This document shows, piece by piece, positions 1 to 12,127 of a DNA stretch of 64,000 bases. Location: the NCBI GenBank assembly GCA_965112155.1, contig OZ218100.1. The stretch is one strand, 5' to 3'. Both the position numbers and the translations under genes were made by a program. Below the pieces are notes generated by a model that saw only the letters and a program-made list of their open reading frames with translations, did no database searches and was not told the origin of the DNA. Each line of letters starts with the position of its first letter. Position 1 is the stretch's first letter. The DNA comes from Podarcis liolepis (Eukaryota).

Positions 1-213
1 ATATGTTCCCAGCATTTTCTCTCTTTTGTTGCAAAAAACCCTGTGCAAAGTTTCCTAACAGATTCCTCCTTCAGCTGCTTTTCAAAGTCTACCTCGCTGA
101 TTAACAAACTGGTCTTCATATGGTAGTGGCCTATAACTGGATCGTGTATCCTGAGTTACAGTGGGCAATACCAACAGCACGACTACCATTTTCTTTTAAA
201 TGTGGGGTATTTT

Positions 214-259
214 GAGAGAGAAAGAGAGAAAGCGAGCGAGAGAGAGAGAGAAACAGAGA
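214..259. repeat. Imperfect (GA)n microsatellite
   Basis: gagagagaaagagagaaagcgagcgagagagagagag read directly. Confidence 0.9.
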
Positions 260-520
260 AATACAGGTGCAATGATGTTGCTTGCTTAATCCACCTGGTT
301 TATTAACCATGGTTAAGCGATCAGAAGTGAGCTATGACATACATTCCCTTTCCCTCCATAGCCTTTTCCTGGAGCACAAGTTTCCACCCTTCCCTGGCTG
401 AGCTTAACCAGGGTTAACCATTACATTGGCATGGATACAAAACCACAGTTACAACTAACCAGGATTTCTGATTTATCCTAGATCAGAAACTAGTTGCAGT
501 GGTCAGAACATGGGTTAGGC

Positions 521-1011
521 CAGGGGTCTGCAACCTTTAAGACAAAAAGAGCCACTTGGACCCGTTTCCGAAGAAAAAACAACTGGGAGCCGCAAAACTC
601 GTCATTATGAAAATAACCTTTTTTTGTCACTTTTTTATTATTCCTTTGTTTGACCCCTCAGAATTACTCCTCCTCATAGAAATGTTGAATTAACAAGTTA
701 CCTTTTTGTGTGTGTGTGTTCTTCACTCCCCTTCAAAACAGTGACCAGCGTACATGCCCCCTTTCAATGCAGTGACCAGCGTACATGCCCCTTACAATGT
801 AGCGGGCAGGCGGGAAGGTGACGTCGGGACGGTGCGTGACTAACGCACGCACCGTCCCCATGTGACATCACAGCCAGTACAGTGCCCGCCACAGTGGGGA
901 GTGTTGGGGCGCACAATGCGCCTCCTCCCCTCGCTAGTATCCGCTCCGGAGCCACGGCAAAGGTGTAAAAGAGACACATGCGGCTCCGGAGCCGCGGGTT
1001 GCAGACCCCTG
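521..1011. mobile_element. Non-autonomous hAT (Charlie/Buster-type) DNA transposon, young
   Basis: Perfect 15-bp TIRs CAGGGGTCTGCAACC / GGTTGCAGACCCCTG. Perfect 8-bp TSD GGTTAGGC (513-520, 1012-1019) with central TA. CpG-rich interior. Internal ~22-bp duplication at 739-762 / 770-793. Confidence 0.93.
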
Positions 1012-1960
1012 GGTTAGGCAATCAAAGGACAGGAAAGAAGAAAACGTATTAGCACCAAGCAGTGCACCTAATATAGGTATGTGTGGCTTAAGATGGTTAT
1101 GGTCAGTTACAGCTTAAGTCTGTATAATCCTGCTGGCAAGAGAGGTTAAAGAAGGGCAACGTTATTAATCTTCCTTTTATTTTCTGAAGCAGTTGAAGTC
1201 AAATGGATTTTCCCCCTCCAAAATAATTTCATAAACTTGGCCCTGAGTTCTTACAAAGTGCCAATTTTTTTCTCTACTGATGCAAATTTAGCTGAATAAC
1301 AGTGTGTGTTTTTTTAAAAATAGCAATGTGAGGTGGTGAGTTAAGCTTTCAGCATCTGAAAATGAAATTGTACTCAATATTAAACATTGTTACAAGCCTT
1401 AAGCAATGCTAGCTGGAGCCTAAAAGTCATTGTAGTGATGGCTTTGGATTTCCACAGTACTGTACATCATTTTCAGTACAACATTTATCCCTATATGAAC
1501 TGTGCAGTATACAGTAGTGGCAAATTTGAGCTACAAGTGTCCTGAGGAAAACATTGTCTCAGTTGTAAACAAAGGGACAAAACTGTATTTCTGTGTGTGC
1601 CTTCACTCAAGAAATTTCAGCAGTCAGGACAGACTTCTGACTTGTACACACAACATTGGCACAGAGATTTAAAAGCAGCTACAAACAAAACCCATCCAAC
1701 AAGGTCTTTCTCTCTATTTTTCTCGAAAAAGAGGTGCCAGAACTCACCATGTATAGCTCACTACTCAGATCTGTGGCATGTGATGCTATAATTTTGCTAT
1801 TTCAAGATACAGTGGCATTAAACTGGCCTACAGGTTACAGTATGCCTATTCAGTGGTGTGCTATGCTGGGACCATCACTTATTTTACAGGTGGGCTGTTT
1901 CTAGTAGTCAGTGATTAGATGTGGAGACTTGACAAGTTTATAAACTTGCTCCTGTCACAT

Positions 1961-2246
1961 AATTCATATGAGTGGGGAGACAGCTGGGGTGGGCTTGTTG
2001 CCCCTGCCCTCTCTGTCACATTACCAGTAGCCCATCTCTGCAGTCTTCTATGTGTTTGGGATATACTTCTGTACTTGTGACCATGTCGGGTTCTAAATTG
2101 TGGGGGGCACCTACATGAGTACGGCAAACTCTTTGCTATGAAGGTTTATCCCAAACATGAAGGCGAGAGAGAGAGATCACTGAGAATGCAACAGGGAGTG
2201 TGGGGTAAATGAGTAAACCCCAGTTGTCCCCTCACTCATACGATTG
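1961..2246. mobile_element. Old palindromic MITE-like element
   Basis: Degenerate inverted arms: atatgagtggggagacagctgggg vs ccccagttgtcccctcactcatac, and an inner pair gtgtttgggatatacttc vs gaaggtttatcccaaacat. Confidence 0.65.
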
Positions 2247-2646
2247 GAATTGCAAGAGGGGAGATGAGTTAATGCAACTTTTTCTGGGTCTGAAAAGTAA
2301 TGTTAAATGTAACTTCTGGAAGAGAAAGGGTGCTGTCCAAAACATTTCAGTGTTTACCTTTTTACCTTGTTTTACATTATATTTATCCAAAAGTCAACCA
2401 GGTGGACAACAGCATGTGCCTATGATCCAGGCAACATGCTACCTACTCTTTTGACACAGCAGGTTCTTGCCAACTGGCACGTCCCAGCAGGTTTTATTTG
2501 TCAGGAGAATGCCAGCAAGTGAAAAGTAGCCTTATCACTGAATTGTAGCTGTTGTGGAATTATATGGTACTGTCTTCAGTGGAACTTCCTTGTAATTCGT
2601 GTAGGATCAGAGTGCACAATGCTTGAAGGTTTCGCAAGTATTTCAT

Positions 2647-2691
2647 TGACCCTCATGGTCCCTTCCAACTATACAATTCTATGATTCTATG
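2647..2691 (+). mobile_element. CR1-type 3' end fragment
   Basis: ggtcccttccaact followed by the (ATTCTATG)n tail typical of CR1 LINEs and CR1-tailed SINEs. Confidence 0.8.
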
Positions 2692-3187
2692 TAATGGGGA
2701 GTCTTAGCAGTAAATCAGAAGCAATCAGCAGTAAAACTCACTCATCTTGCCTTACAAATCATTTTCCAGAAGGTGGTTAAATATCTATTTCATCACAAGT
2801 GCACTTAAAAAAACACACCAACAACTAGAAAGGAACATTTTACCACAAGACAATGATTGTCTAATACCTCCTTTTGAAGATTTAGTCTCATGACTGAATA
2901 AATTCCTCACCATTTCAAGTTTCCAAGTTGGAGCAGGAAGCATGTGCTGTTCTAGGTAACATTCCTGTCCGTGGCGTCAGTTAAAGCACACAAATGTTAG
3001 AGCTCAGCCATCGGTTCTGCTTGCACAACACTTTGGAAACATTTTCTTGGGACGTGGTTTATAAACCCTTAAATAAGTAGGCAGGCGTCAGAGATGAGCC
3101 AGGGTGATAATTTAGAAGGAAACGACTAGCAGTTGAAGAGTCTGACCTCCTTTGCCTTGCTGTTCCTCCAGTCAAAATTTCATTCTC

Positions 3188-3594
3188 TAGAAGAATTACC
3201 AACGATGGAAGAATGGAGGATGAAATTAATGGACTATGCAGAACTCAACATACTAACGGGAAGGATCCGAAACAGGTGCGACCAGAAATTTACCGAAGAC
3301 TGGAGTAAATTTACGGATTATTTGAAAAGTATATGTGATGATCAGACAACGTTTGTAGATTTGCAAGAAGTTCTGTGAGGGATAACATTAGAAATACTGT
3401 AAAAATGGAGAAGGAGAGATGATATGTTATGAGATCTAAAGGCAATATTAAGTTAAGAAATGCAGAAGAAGTGTTTAAGACGGAGGATTATCAGAGGTGC
3501 TGTTGGAAGTCCAATAATGAATGTATTTGTGATAATTGTGTGGTATGTTTTTTAATTTTGTATTTTAAAAACCAATAATTTTTTTTAAAAAAAA
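3188..3594 (+). mobile_element. 5'-truncated L1-clade LINE (ORF2 C-terminus, 3'UTR, A-rich tail)
   Basis: Peptide EELPTMEEWRMKLMDYAEL...FTEDWSKFTDYLKS...LQEVL* resembles the non-mammalian L1 ORF2 C-terminus. A-tail present. Perfect 15-bp TSD CAAAATTTCATTCTC (3173-3187, 3595-3609). Confidence 0.88.
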
Positions 3595-6214
3595 CAAAAT
3601 TTCATTCTCCTGAGATCATGTTAACAACGTAGGTTGTCATCATTGGGATCATCAAAGTTGGGGTCATCATTGCACTTACTAGTATTTGATGTGCAGTTTT
3701 TGGAAAAGAAAGAAGGGGTAAACAGGAGAGCTATGAAACATTAGTGATCTTCTCACCTTAGACATCCAGTGTAGGAGTAACACTAGCACCATTTCACTCT
3801 GCATTGCCAGGGTAATGTGAGAGGCCTCGTGCCAAGCAAACAGTACACTTCCTGCCAACATCAGTGTTGTTGTTTCTGAAAGTGCAACAGAGTTGGCGTG
3901 GGAAGGAGCTGCCTTTTGCATGTCAATCCCTCCGGCATAAGAATTTGTGGTATTGCAGCTCCTGTGCTGCCAACATAATGTGACTTTGCCCTCCTAGGCC
4001 AAACAGTTGGAAATTGCTTTTTTGCAATAAGTCTGTTTGAACTCCAGCTTTAGGCCTTTGTTCTCCTGGGGAGTAGAATTGGCATTTTAAAAAAAGTTTT
4101 GTTTTTGAGGTTATTAGATATTTAACAACTTTGCTAAAAGGAACGTATTGTTCTTACATTTATTTACTATCCTAAGTAACAGGACCATATATGAAAAAAA
4201 TTTTTTAAAGGCGTTTAAAAGGAAGCTTCCCAGATTTTTTTAAAAAAATCCCTAAGGATGCTAGTTTGTTTTTTAATCCCTAAGGGCTATATACTGAAAA
4301 CAAACTGTTTTAGGTGGCAGATACTTTTGAAAGATTAAACTAATGGAGGTTTTAAAATGTTGTGATTTAGTTAACTTCCACAATATTTGATGTATTTTTA
4401 ATTAAAAACAGTTAATTCTTACAGGGATTTGAACTCTTTGCTTTTGAAGTTTGAGGGAAGCATTTTACTCAATAAATGAAACAGACCTCAGTCCCAAAAC
4501 CACATTCTCAGTCCCATTGAAATCAATTAGGATTGCAGCCATGTTCTTTGATAAGGAGCCATGCCAACAGTTTAGCAGCAGGTATATATTTAGGATACAA
4601 TAATTAGAAAGCCGTAGCATATGAATAAATAAGTGACTCTGGAGTTTGAACAAAATCTGACCCTGATTTATGAAAACCCACGTGAGAATCATAAATCGGC
4701 TTTAGCAGACTGTCTTTCCTAAAGCCAAAACCAATATTTTGGTTATTTAAAAATATAGAGAGCTTGTTAGTTTAACTGAGTGTCTCTTTACACTGAAATT
4801 ATGAAGAAGAAAAAACCAGTCAGCTTGTTTCTTAATTAAAAGGGCAATATGACTTTGGTGGAGACTGACAAAACTTTGGTGGTCTTAAAAAATTGTTATG
4901 ACTGCTACTTTATGCAATCATTGTCTAGAATTACCACCTTTTCGCATAGCAAACCATATTTCATAGCCCCTTGCACTCATTGGGGGTCACATGTTCGCTG
5001 AACATGGCGGTGGGAGTACACTAGCTAGCCATGTACCTGACATCATGCCCAACACCACCTATGCAGTCATGTCAACATCTGCAGAATGAATGTTTATGCG
5101 TGGCAGGTGGATGCATTAAGAGATTATGTTCTCTAGCCTTCATCATAAATCTATCAAAACGTAATATTTTCCCACATTATATATACATCTAAAGCAACTC
5201 CTTCATATCTATGTGTGTGACGCACACAGTAAGTTAAATACACAAGGCCCTTTCACATCACACGCACACATATCTATGGTGTAGGTATCCTCTTCAGATC
5301 TTCACCCTGAAACATGACATCCTTGTCTCTAATGGCCCAAGTGTATCCACTCTACCGCCACCCTTCCTATGCTAAGTGGGAAGGTCTGAGGAGGAGGACA
5401 TCCTAGAACACACTTAGAAGACACATTGAGACCAGGAACTCTGATAATGCAGACTAACCAATCATGGGGAGGCAATTAAAAGCATTTAGCCAAATCAACC
5501 AAGTAGCTCCCTTTAGATTAAGGCTTCCTAGTGATTCGGAACCCAGAATGTACAGATCTTCCTTCTGCAGCTTGCAGCCACATGTGGATGTTGGGAATGG
5601 GATCAGCAAGGATGTGTGATGCAGGGGAATGAATTAATAAGCACAACAGTCATAACAAGTGAAGAGAGCTTGTTGAGACTACAGGATAATCATTGGGTAC
5701 CTTTTGTTTTAAATATTTTCATTGTTAAATTTGGATGGTCGACAGGAGTGGAATCAGATTTCCAGTACTCCTTACCACCCTGTAATAGTTTACATAGCAA
5801 ATTCAGTTTTCAGGGAGGTGAAACTAACACTGTTGTGTGTTAACCTTTTTACAAAATAATGACTAGCCTTCCCTTATTTTGAAAGCATAGCTGTTGCATT
5901 TTCTGTGCCTTAAGAAGCCCCTTTACCCTTTAGACATGTCTCTTCGAAATTAAAGTAGATTTGAGTGAAGTTTGTTTGATAAGCAGTTTGTGCCTTCACA
6001 TAAAATATGGACAAAGTCTGCTCTCTGTGTGTATGAGACAAAGCTCAAAAAAATGAACAGTCCAGAAATATTTCTGACAACAATCCTATTGCCCATTGAC
6101 CCCTCCACACAAGGAGACTTTCTGAGGTATAACACGGTTATGTTTTCTTGTGGGACACTGAAACATGGGCTTTTATCCGTATTTTTTTTATGTTTTATTT
6201 TATTTTATTCTTTT

Positions 6215-6331
6215 ATGTTTTGAGTTGTATTATTTATGATATGTCATAAATGATATGTCAACTCATATCATATCATATCATATCATATGAGTTGTATTAT
6301 TTATGATATGTTTTGAGTTGTATTATTTATG

Positions 6332-6380
<49 letters not shown>
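6215..6380. repeat. Compound low-complexity repeat: triplicated ~23-26-bp unit, (ATATC)n and (AT)n
   Basis: tgagttgtattatttatgat occurs three times (~6221, 6288, 6314). (CATAT)n at ~6264-6289. (AT)n at 6334-6380. Confidence 0.9.
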
Positions 6381-6383
<3 letters not shown>

Positions 6384-7525
6384 ATGCAAAATGATATCTT
6401 ATATATGCCTACTTGAGAAATACATGTTATTACATGGTAAAATTTTATTCTTCATTTTTCCTGCCATCTAATCTCCTCTTCTACCCCCACCCCAATCTCT
6501 GAAGACGATGCTGGATTTGTTGTGCTGATTGCCTGGATTAACACTGCAAAGCCTATTTAATAAGATCAACCAAAAATAAATCGAAAAAAGTTAAAGGAAG
6601 TTAAAGCCACATGCTTGAATCAAAGGAATCGCCATTTTGGGACAACCATGTCTCCTCCCCCCCCTCACAGTCCAATTAGATAAATTAATGATCACATTTC
6701 TTTCATTGATTGTCCCTTGATCTTTCTTTTCTTTACTTAGTCTTTCAGTCTTTTGACTTCTTTGTTCTTTTTTATTGAAAGTGCTGGGCTATAAGATTAT
6801 GTTGAAATGAAAAGAAATGCTAGTGAAGCACAAAGTATTTGAATTCTCTAGAAAGTGGTTTTCCATATAAATTGCTGATTTTTATTCTCTGCACCTATCA
6901 ATGACCTCTTGTACATTTCTTCAAAGAATTATCTCTGTGTTGTTTCCCCCTCCCTCCCTTTCTGATGTGCTCAATATTTGTTGAGACTGGTTTTTATTTA
7001 TTTCTTAAGAATAGGCAATATTTAATTAATCAGAAATCTATTTTTCCACCCAATGTTGTTACAGAGCAGTATGGAAATGTGGTAAAGAAACAAAATAAAT
7101 TAGCAGTTCAATATATTTTTTCTTCCCACATCCCAGCGTTGCAAACAGAACCAGGTCCAATGCAAGTATTAATGACAGCCTCACAGGATGTTTCTGGCAG
7201 GAAACATGGATACCTGTGCATACTTATTGTCTGTAATAATATATGATGAATCAGATGCTGTAAATAAACAATATTATAGGAGATTACTATTGTCTCTGCC
7301 CAACTTTCCTCTTCTCATTGCATGTGTTTATGCCAAAATATGCCCTCTAATTTTTGCAAGTTTTCTTCTCTCTGCAAATGAGGTTTCTCCAGAATTTTGG
7401 TGGGGATGTACAAATGAGCTGCAATCCATACTAACATTCATTCGCACTTTTTTCTGCCATTTTTCATTCCACTGCAATTATTTTATTTTATTCAAATGCT
7501 TTTTACTTTTTGTTTTCTGCTAGTG

Positions 7526-7527
<2 letters not shown>

Positions 7528-7560
<33 letters not shown>
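7528..7560. repeat. (AC)n microsatellite
   Basis: Direct reading. Confidence 0.97.
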
Positions 7561-7563
<3 letters not shown>

Positions 7564-7649
7564 ATGGACATGCATATCTCACCTATCAACAGATATTTAC
7601 AAATCCGTTATCTTCCTTGTGCATTCTCTTTAAAAGGTAATGAATTTTC

Positions 7650-7914
7650 TTTTTTCTTTTTTAAAAAAATTATTAGTTTTTTTAACATAACATTTTCAAC
7701 AATTATTAAACATACTTTTATATCTTATACAATTTTTTGACTTCCATCAATCACATCTGAAAATTTTCCAATCTTTGCATTTCTTACTTTCACTATTACA
7801 TTTAAATATCATAACTAATGTCTCTCTTCTTTGCAATATTTCATACATTCCTCCTTACAAAACTTCTTGTAGTCCTACTAGCGTAATTTGTTGGTTACAG
7901 TTGCTCTTCAAGTA
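7650..7914 (-). mobile_element. 5'-truncated L1-clade LINE 3' end
   Basis: Reverse strand reads YLKSNCNQQITLVGLQEVL*, homologous to YLKSICDDQTTFVDLQEVL* of the 3188 copy. T-rich tail on the left. 13-bp TSD GTAATGAATTTTC (7637-7649, 7915-7927). Confidence 0.87.
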
Positions 7915-7940
7915 GTAATGAATTTTCAGAGGAGAAGCTT

Positions 7941-7995
7941 AGTTAGTCTTTTGCAGCAAAACCAAAAAAGAATCTTGTGGCTACTTAAAGACAAA
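7941..7995 (-). mobile_element. Decayed Penelope-like element terminal fragment
   Basis: gttagtct..gcagcaaaaccaaaaaagaatcttgtggc.acttaaagac resembles the reptile Penelope end also seen at 35.6 and 51.3 kb. Confidence 0.5.
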
Positions 7996-8295
7996 ATTAA
8001 TGAAGTGGCTAGTGACCCATCACAAAGTCATCTGTAACTGCAATTCTAACCATGTCTACTAAGAACTAAGTCCCACTGAATTCAATTTGAGATTGAAGCC
8101 TCACTATTTTGATTCTGCAGTTCGGTATTAACTTAATCCTGTCACTCAGGCATCGGAGAAGCTCAGTTTAGCACCCTGCTGATATTTTGTTCTTTGAGTT
8201 CTGAGTTGCATAAATTACTCTTTCACTCATGTAATGCCACTTAACTACATATAAAGGCCTTTTTATTTTAATATTTTATTTCATAAATGCATATG

Positions 8296-8350
8296 CTGTG
8301 AACCACTCTGAGCTCTTCGGATGAAGGGCGGTATACAAATTTAATAATAA
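8296..8350 (+). mobile_element. LINE 3' terminus (L2-like)
   Basis: gtgaaccactctgagctcttcggatgaagggcggtatacaaat hairpin-type end followed by an (AAT)n tail. Confidence 0.6.
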
Positions 8351-8379
8351 ATGAATATTTTATAAATAAAATGGTTATA

Positions 8380-8605
8380 CAGTGGTACCTCGGGTTACAT
8401 CCACTTCAGGTTACAGACTCCGCTAACCCAGAAATAGTACCTTGGATTAAGAACTTTGCTTCAGGATGAGAACAGAAATAGTGCTCCAACGGCGCGGCGG
8501 CAGCAGGAGGCCCCATTAGCTAAAGTGGTGCTTCAGGTTAAGAACAGTTTCAGGTTAAGAACAGACCTCCGGAACAAATTAAGTACTTAACCTGAGGTAC
8601 CACTG
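8380..8605 (+). mobile_element. Tc1/mariner (Tigger-like) MITE, family A copy 1
   Basis: TIRs CAGTGGTACCTCGGGTTA / TAACCTGAGGTACCACTG. TA on the left, TC on the right. Same family as the copies at 10838 and 52692. Confidence 0.92.
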
Positions 8606-8854
8606 TCTATGTGTGTTTGCTGAAACATAATGCTCAAGATAATTCATGTCTAAATTACTTTGGAGATGGATGGTTTAATTACTTGGAAATGGATGGTTAA
8701 AACTGAGCAGTCAAATCTATATGGTTCTCATTCTGATGAAGAGGCTCAAAGGCTACAGGTAATAAAAATGATCGCTTCTTTCCATGTGAAAAGAACAATA
8801 ATAAATGATGCATTCTATTGTATTTGTTTTAAAAAACACAGTAGGAAGCAGATT

Positions 8855-8948
8855 AAGGCTGCAATCCTAACCTCACTTACCTGGAAGTAACCCCCATTGA
8901 ACTCAACCGAACTTATTTCTGAGTAGACATAGTTAGGATTGCAGCCTT
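8855..8948. mobile_element. Short palindromic MITE (high-copy squamate family)
   Basis: Perfect 17-bp inverted ends AAGGCTGCAATCCTAAC / GTTAGGATTGCAGCCTT. Related decayed copies at ~8037-8100, 33845-33925, 59980-60065, 61018-61100 and 63957-64000. Confidence 0.8.
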
Positions 8949-9119
8949 GGTAAATATAGGATACTTCTAGTAATGAACAACTTGCTCAAAATTAACAAAA
9001 AACAAAAAGGAGAAAAGCAACCAAGCACTGGACACAGTTTATGACAGCGGAATCCCTGCTATGTCTGGGAAATTGCAGGTGTATGGCAACCCTATTCCAA
9101 TGCAGTTTACCGCATGTGT

Positions 9120-9462
9120 CTTTTTAAACATGTCTACAAATGTGACATCAAAGCTGGCAATGTTAACCTTCTGTGTAGGAATTCCTTGCAGATGACTGCA
9201 GTGCCTGGAGACAGTCGAGTTGTGTTTCCACAGCAGTGACCAGAGGAGGAATGACCACTGGGAGGAGCGCAGAGAGAAGAAACGCCTTGGTGCATCCACA
9301 GCAGCACAACCAGATGCTTTCATCTGCCCCAGCTGCAACAAAACTTGTCTCTCCCATATCAGTCTCTACAGCCACAGCGGGCACTATAACACTCCAACAG
9401 TTTGATTTTACCCCTGATGGCATACTCTTCCATTGTCTCTTGAAACAGATGGATGCTAACAA
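9120..9462 (+). mobile_element. RTE-clade LINE 3' end (decayed)
   Basis: Encodes the C-terminal zinc-knuckle-like FICPSCNKTCLSHISLYSHS, frameshifted. Homologous to the minus-strand copy at 58.2-58.8 kb. Confidence 0.85.
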
Positions 9463-10837
9463 TGTCCTTTTTAGAAAGAAAGAAAAAATCTGTTGTAGAG
9501 AATTAAGGGGGAAAGCATTAATAGCAAGTGTCCATTCCTTAAAAAGGGTCAAGTTATTTCCACCTGCTTCCTCTGATATCCCTAATGTGGACTTTTGAGG
9601 TTATTTCATCTTTGAAGTGGCCAAGAGTAGGGTGTGTGTGTTCTTTTTTTCTGTAAACATTTTCCGATACTGACTGCCCACACTTCCTGATTGAAAAATG
9701 CCCATGGGAGGATTTGCTTTATGATATTTTTCCCGGGGCATCTGGAAAGGTTGAGTGCAGATCACTGGAGAGATTATTCGTACAGTGAAAGAAAGGGCAC
9801 TTGTGGCCACCCATCAGCCACCTCAAAATTAAGGAAAGGATAACAAAAACTCTGTGCCCCGTCCATAGGTCCCATTTTATTGTTCCATTGGATAAAATTT
9901 TCAAATGCAATTTCTCAGTAATTGGTGGAGAGTGGGTGAAGAAAATGCACGAGAAGTTTTCAAGCCAGCCATAATTCATTGTACATGGAGGAATGTGTGA
10001 AAACCCCCCTTTTGATCACAGTTAGATTAGTCACTTGATTACAAATGGGAGGCCTGTGCTGAAACTATGGTCCTTTGTATTTGGCATGTGAGAATTGTAA
10101 ACCTCAGGCACAGCTTTTAATGATGCCGTATCAGTTTTTCTTTTTGGAGAAGAACAGAAGAGATCAGAGATATGACTTAAAGAAAACAAAGTCATAAGCT
10201 TTGAGTCCATAGCATTCTTTCACTGGTGCTCTAAATGACCATTTTTTCCTACTGCAACTAGAAATTGGCAAAAAACAATCCCACTTTGAAGCCTGTTTTG
10301 CTGGCTCAGAAGAAAACGTCCAGAGAAAATCTATCATGCTCTTTGGCTTTTCTCATTAGTGCTGCATTTCTGGCTCCAGCTACAGATTCTGTATGTATCA
10401 GTCCATGGAGTCCTATCACCTATGCTGTTTGTTAAATCTGTTTGCTGTTTGTTGATGTTTTAAAGGGCTTTTGATGAATGGGTGGCAGCTAAACTGTAGT
10501 AAATACTAGGAATGAGTTTGAGTTATCTGTCCAGATGAACTCTAGCAAGGGTTTTTCTGAAGAGATTGAATGAGGTTTGTACATCTGTAACAAAAGAGTC
10601 ACCTGGTGTTGAGAATATACAGTATAGTGTTGTCTGACTTGCATTTAATCATCTGAGCATGCACCTGCATTGGCCAAAATTGCCTCCATTTTGAATGGGT
10701 CAGGGAACACGGTTGCCTTCAAGCAGTATCAAAACACCTGAAACTATATTGCCTGCCCTATTGTTCTTCGATCTTGGCTCATATTTTGCCCCGGAGCTGG
10801 TTTTCAGCTAAGTCTTGCCAGAAGTAGCTAGCCAATA

Positions 10838-11078
10838 CAGTGGTACCTCGGGTTAAGTACTTAATTCGTTCTCGAGGTCTGTTCTTAACCTGAAACTGTT
10901 CTTAACCTGAAGCACCACTTTAGCTAACGGGGCTCCTGCTGCCGCCATGCTGCCAGAGCATGATTTCTGTTCTCATCCTGAAGCAAAGTTCTTAACCTGA
11001 GGTACTATTTCTGGGTTAGTGGAGTCTGTAACCTGAAGCGTATGTAACCTGAAGCGTATGTAACCCGAGGTACCACTG
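10838..11078 (-). mobile_element. Tc1/mariner (Tigger-like) MITE, family A copy 2
   Basis: TA|CAGTGGTACCTCGGGTTA ... TAACCCGAGGTACCACTG|TA. Perfect TIRs and TA TSD. Interior is the reverse complement of copy 1. Confidence 0.95.
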
Positions 11079-11212
11079 TATAGCAATGTCCTTTCGGTTC
11101 AGTCATGGAGATGGTGAAAGCTGACCGTTTACTCTCACACTGTTTCTTCGCTCTTATGGATGGCCTATTATGAAGCAAGCTGTTAATGACCTGTCTATTC
11201 TCTTACCTAGAG

Positions 11213-11349
11213 CAGGTGTGGGGAGCCTTTGATTCTCCATATATTGCTGAACTGCATCTCCCATCATCCCTGGCCATTGCCCATGCTGCTGGGGCTGAGG
11301 GGAGTTGTAGTTTAGCAACATCTGAAGGACCAAAGGATCCTCACACATG
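11213..11349. mobile_element. Short palindromic hAT MITE (ctacaactcccatcatccc family)
   Basis: Arms ctgaactgcatctcccatcatccc / gggagttgtagtttagcaacatctg. Same family as 23459. Further decayed copies at ~11449-11560, 20192-20320, 33665-33750 and 39135-39225. Confidence 0.75.
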
Positions 11350-12127
11350 CCTAGCTCAATACATGCTCTAGGTCAGAACGGTGTGTTTTTGTGTTTCTTT
11401 GCCATTTTACATTCTTTGTGTTCTCTAAAAACCTAAATAATGGGCTGCCAGTGGGGAACACATGGCTGTTGAACTCATTCCTATCAGCCCCAGCCAGTGG
11501 TCAGGGATGCTGGGAGTTGTATTCCAACAACATCTGGAGTGCTTCAAGTTCCCTCACACTGCTTATCCCACAATTTGTAATAGGTGAGTTTCTGCAGCAC
11601 AAGGAAGAAGTAATTCTAAAATTCTGTCCAATGAAAGTTATCAGCAAATCTTTCACTTGTCTATTTGTTTTTGTGTTGGTATTAAATGGATAACGTGGCA
11701 TGTGTAATGAAAGAGAAAATTAAATACAATGGATATTTAACTCTGTTGGAGGAAAAAACACAATTTAATAGTGTTGCTGATCTCTTCATGCTAGCAAAAG
11801 AGGATGAGCTTTCAGACCAGCAGGGAAATGAGTTACACAAATTGTTGTGCGTTTGCTGTTCGATTACCATGTGTACCATGATAGCTTTGCCTTTGCCTAA
11901 AATAACTTCAGATGGGAATTTGACAGAAAAGAACCTTTGTGTTCTTTAATGACTATGGATATTTCACCTGCAGGGCCTATTGGCAGATGGCAAATGAAGC
12001 ACAGTAGTTTTGAATTTGCAAACAGAGAAAGCTGTGAAGTTGGCAGAAGCAGTGTTGGATGTACAGGCCCCCTCTCTAGAGATCTGATGTGAAACAATGG
12101 GGATCTTCTGACTTGTAGGAAGAGAGA

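Noticed and set aside
3133-3378. 81-aa ORF as a host gene exon
   Set aside because: It is the C-terminus of an L1 ORF2 bounded by a TSD.
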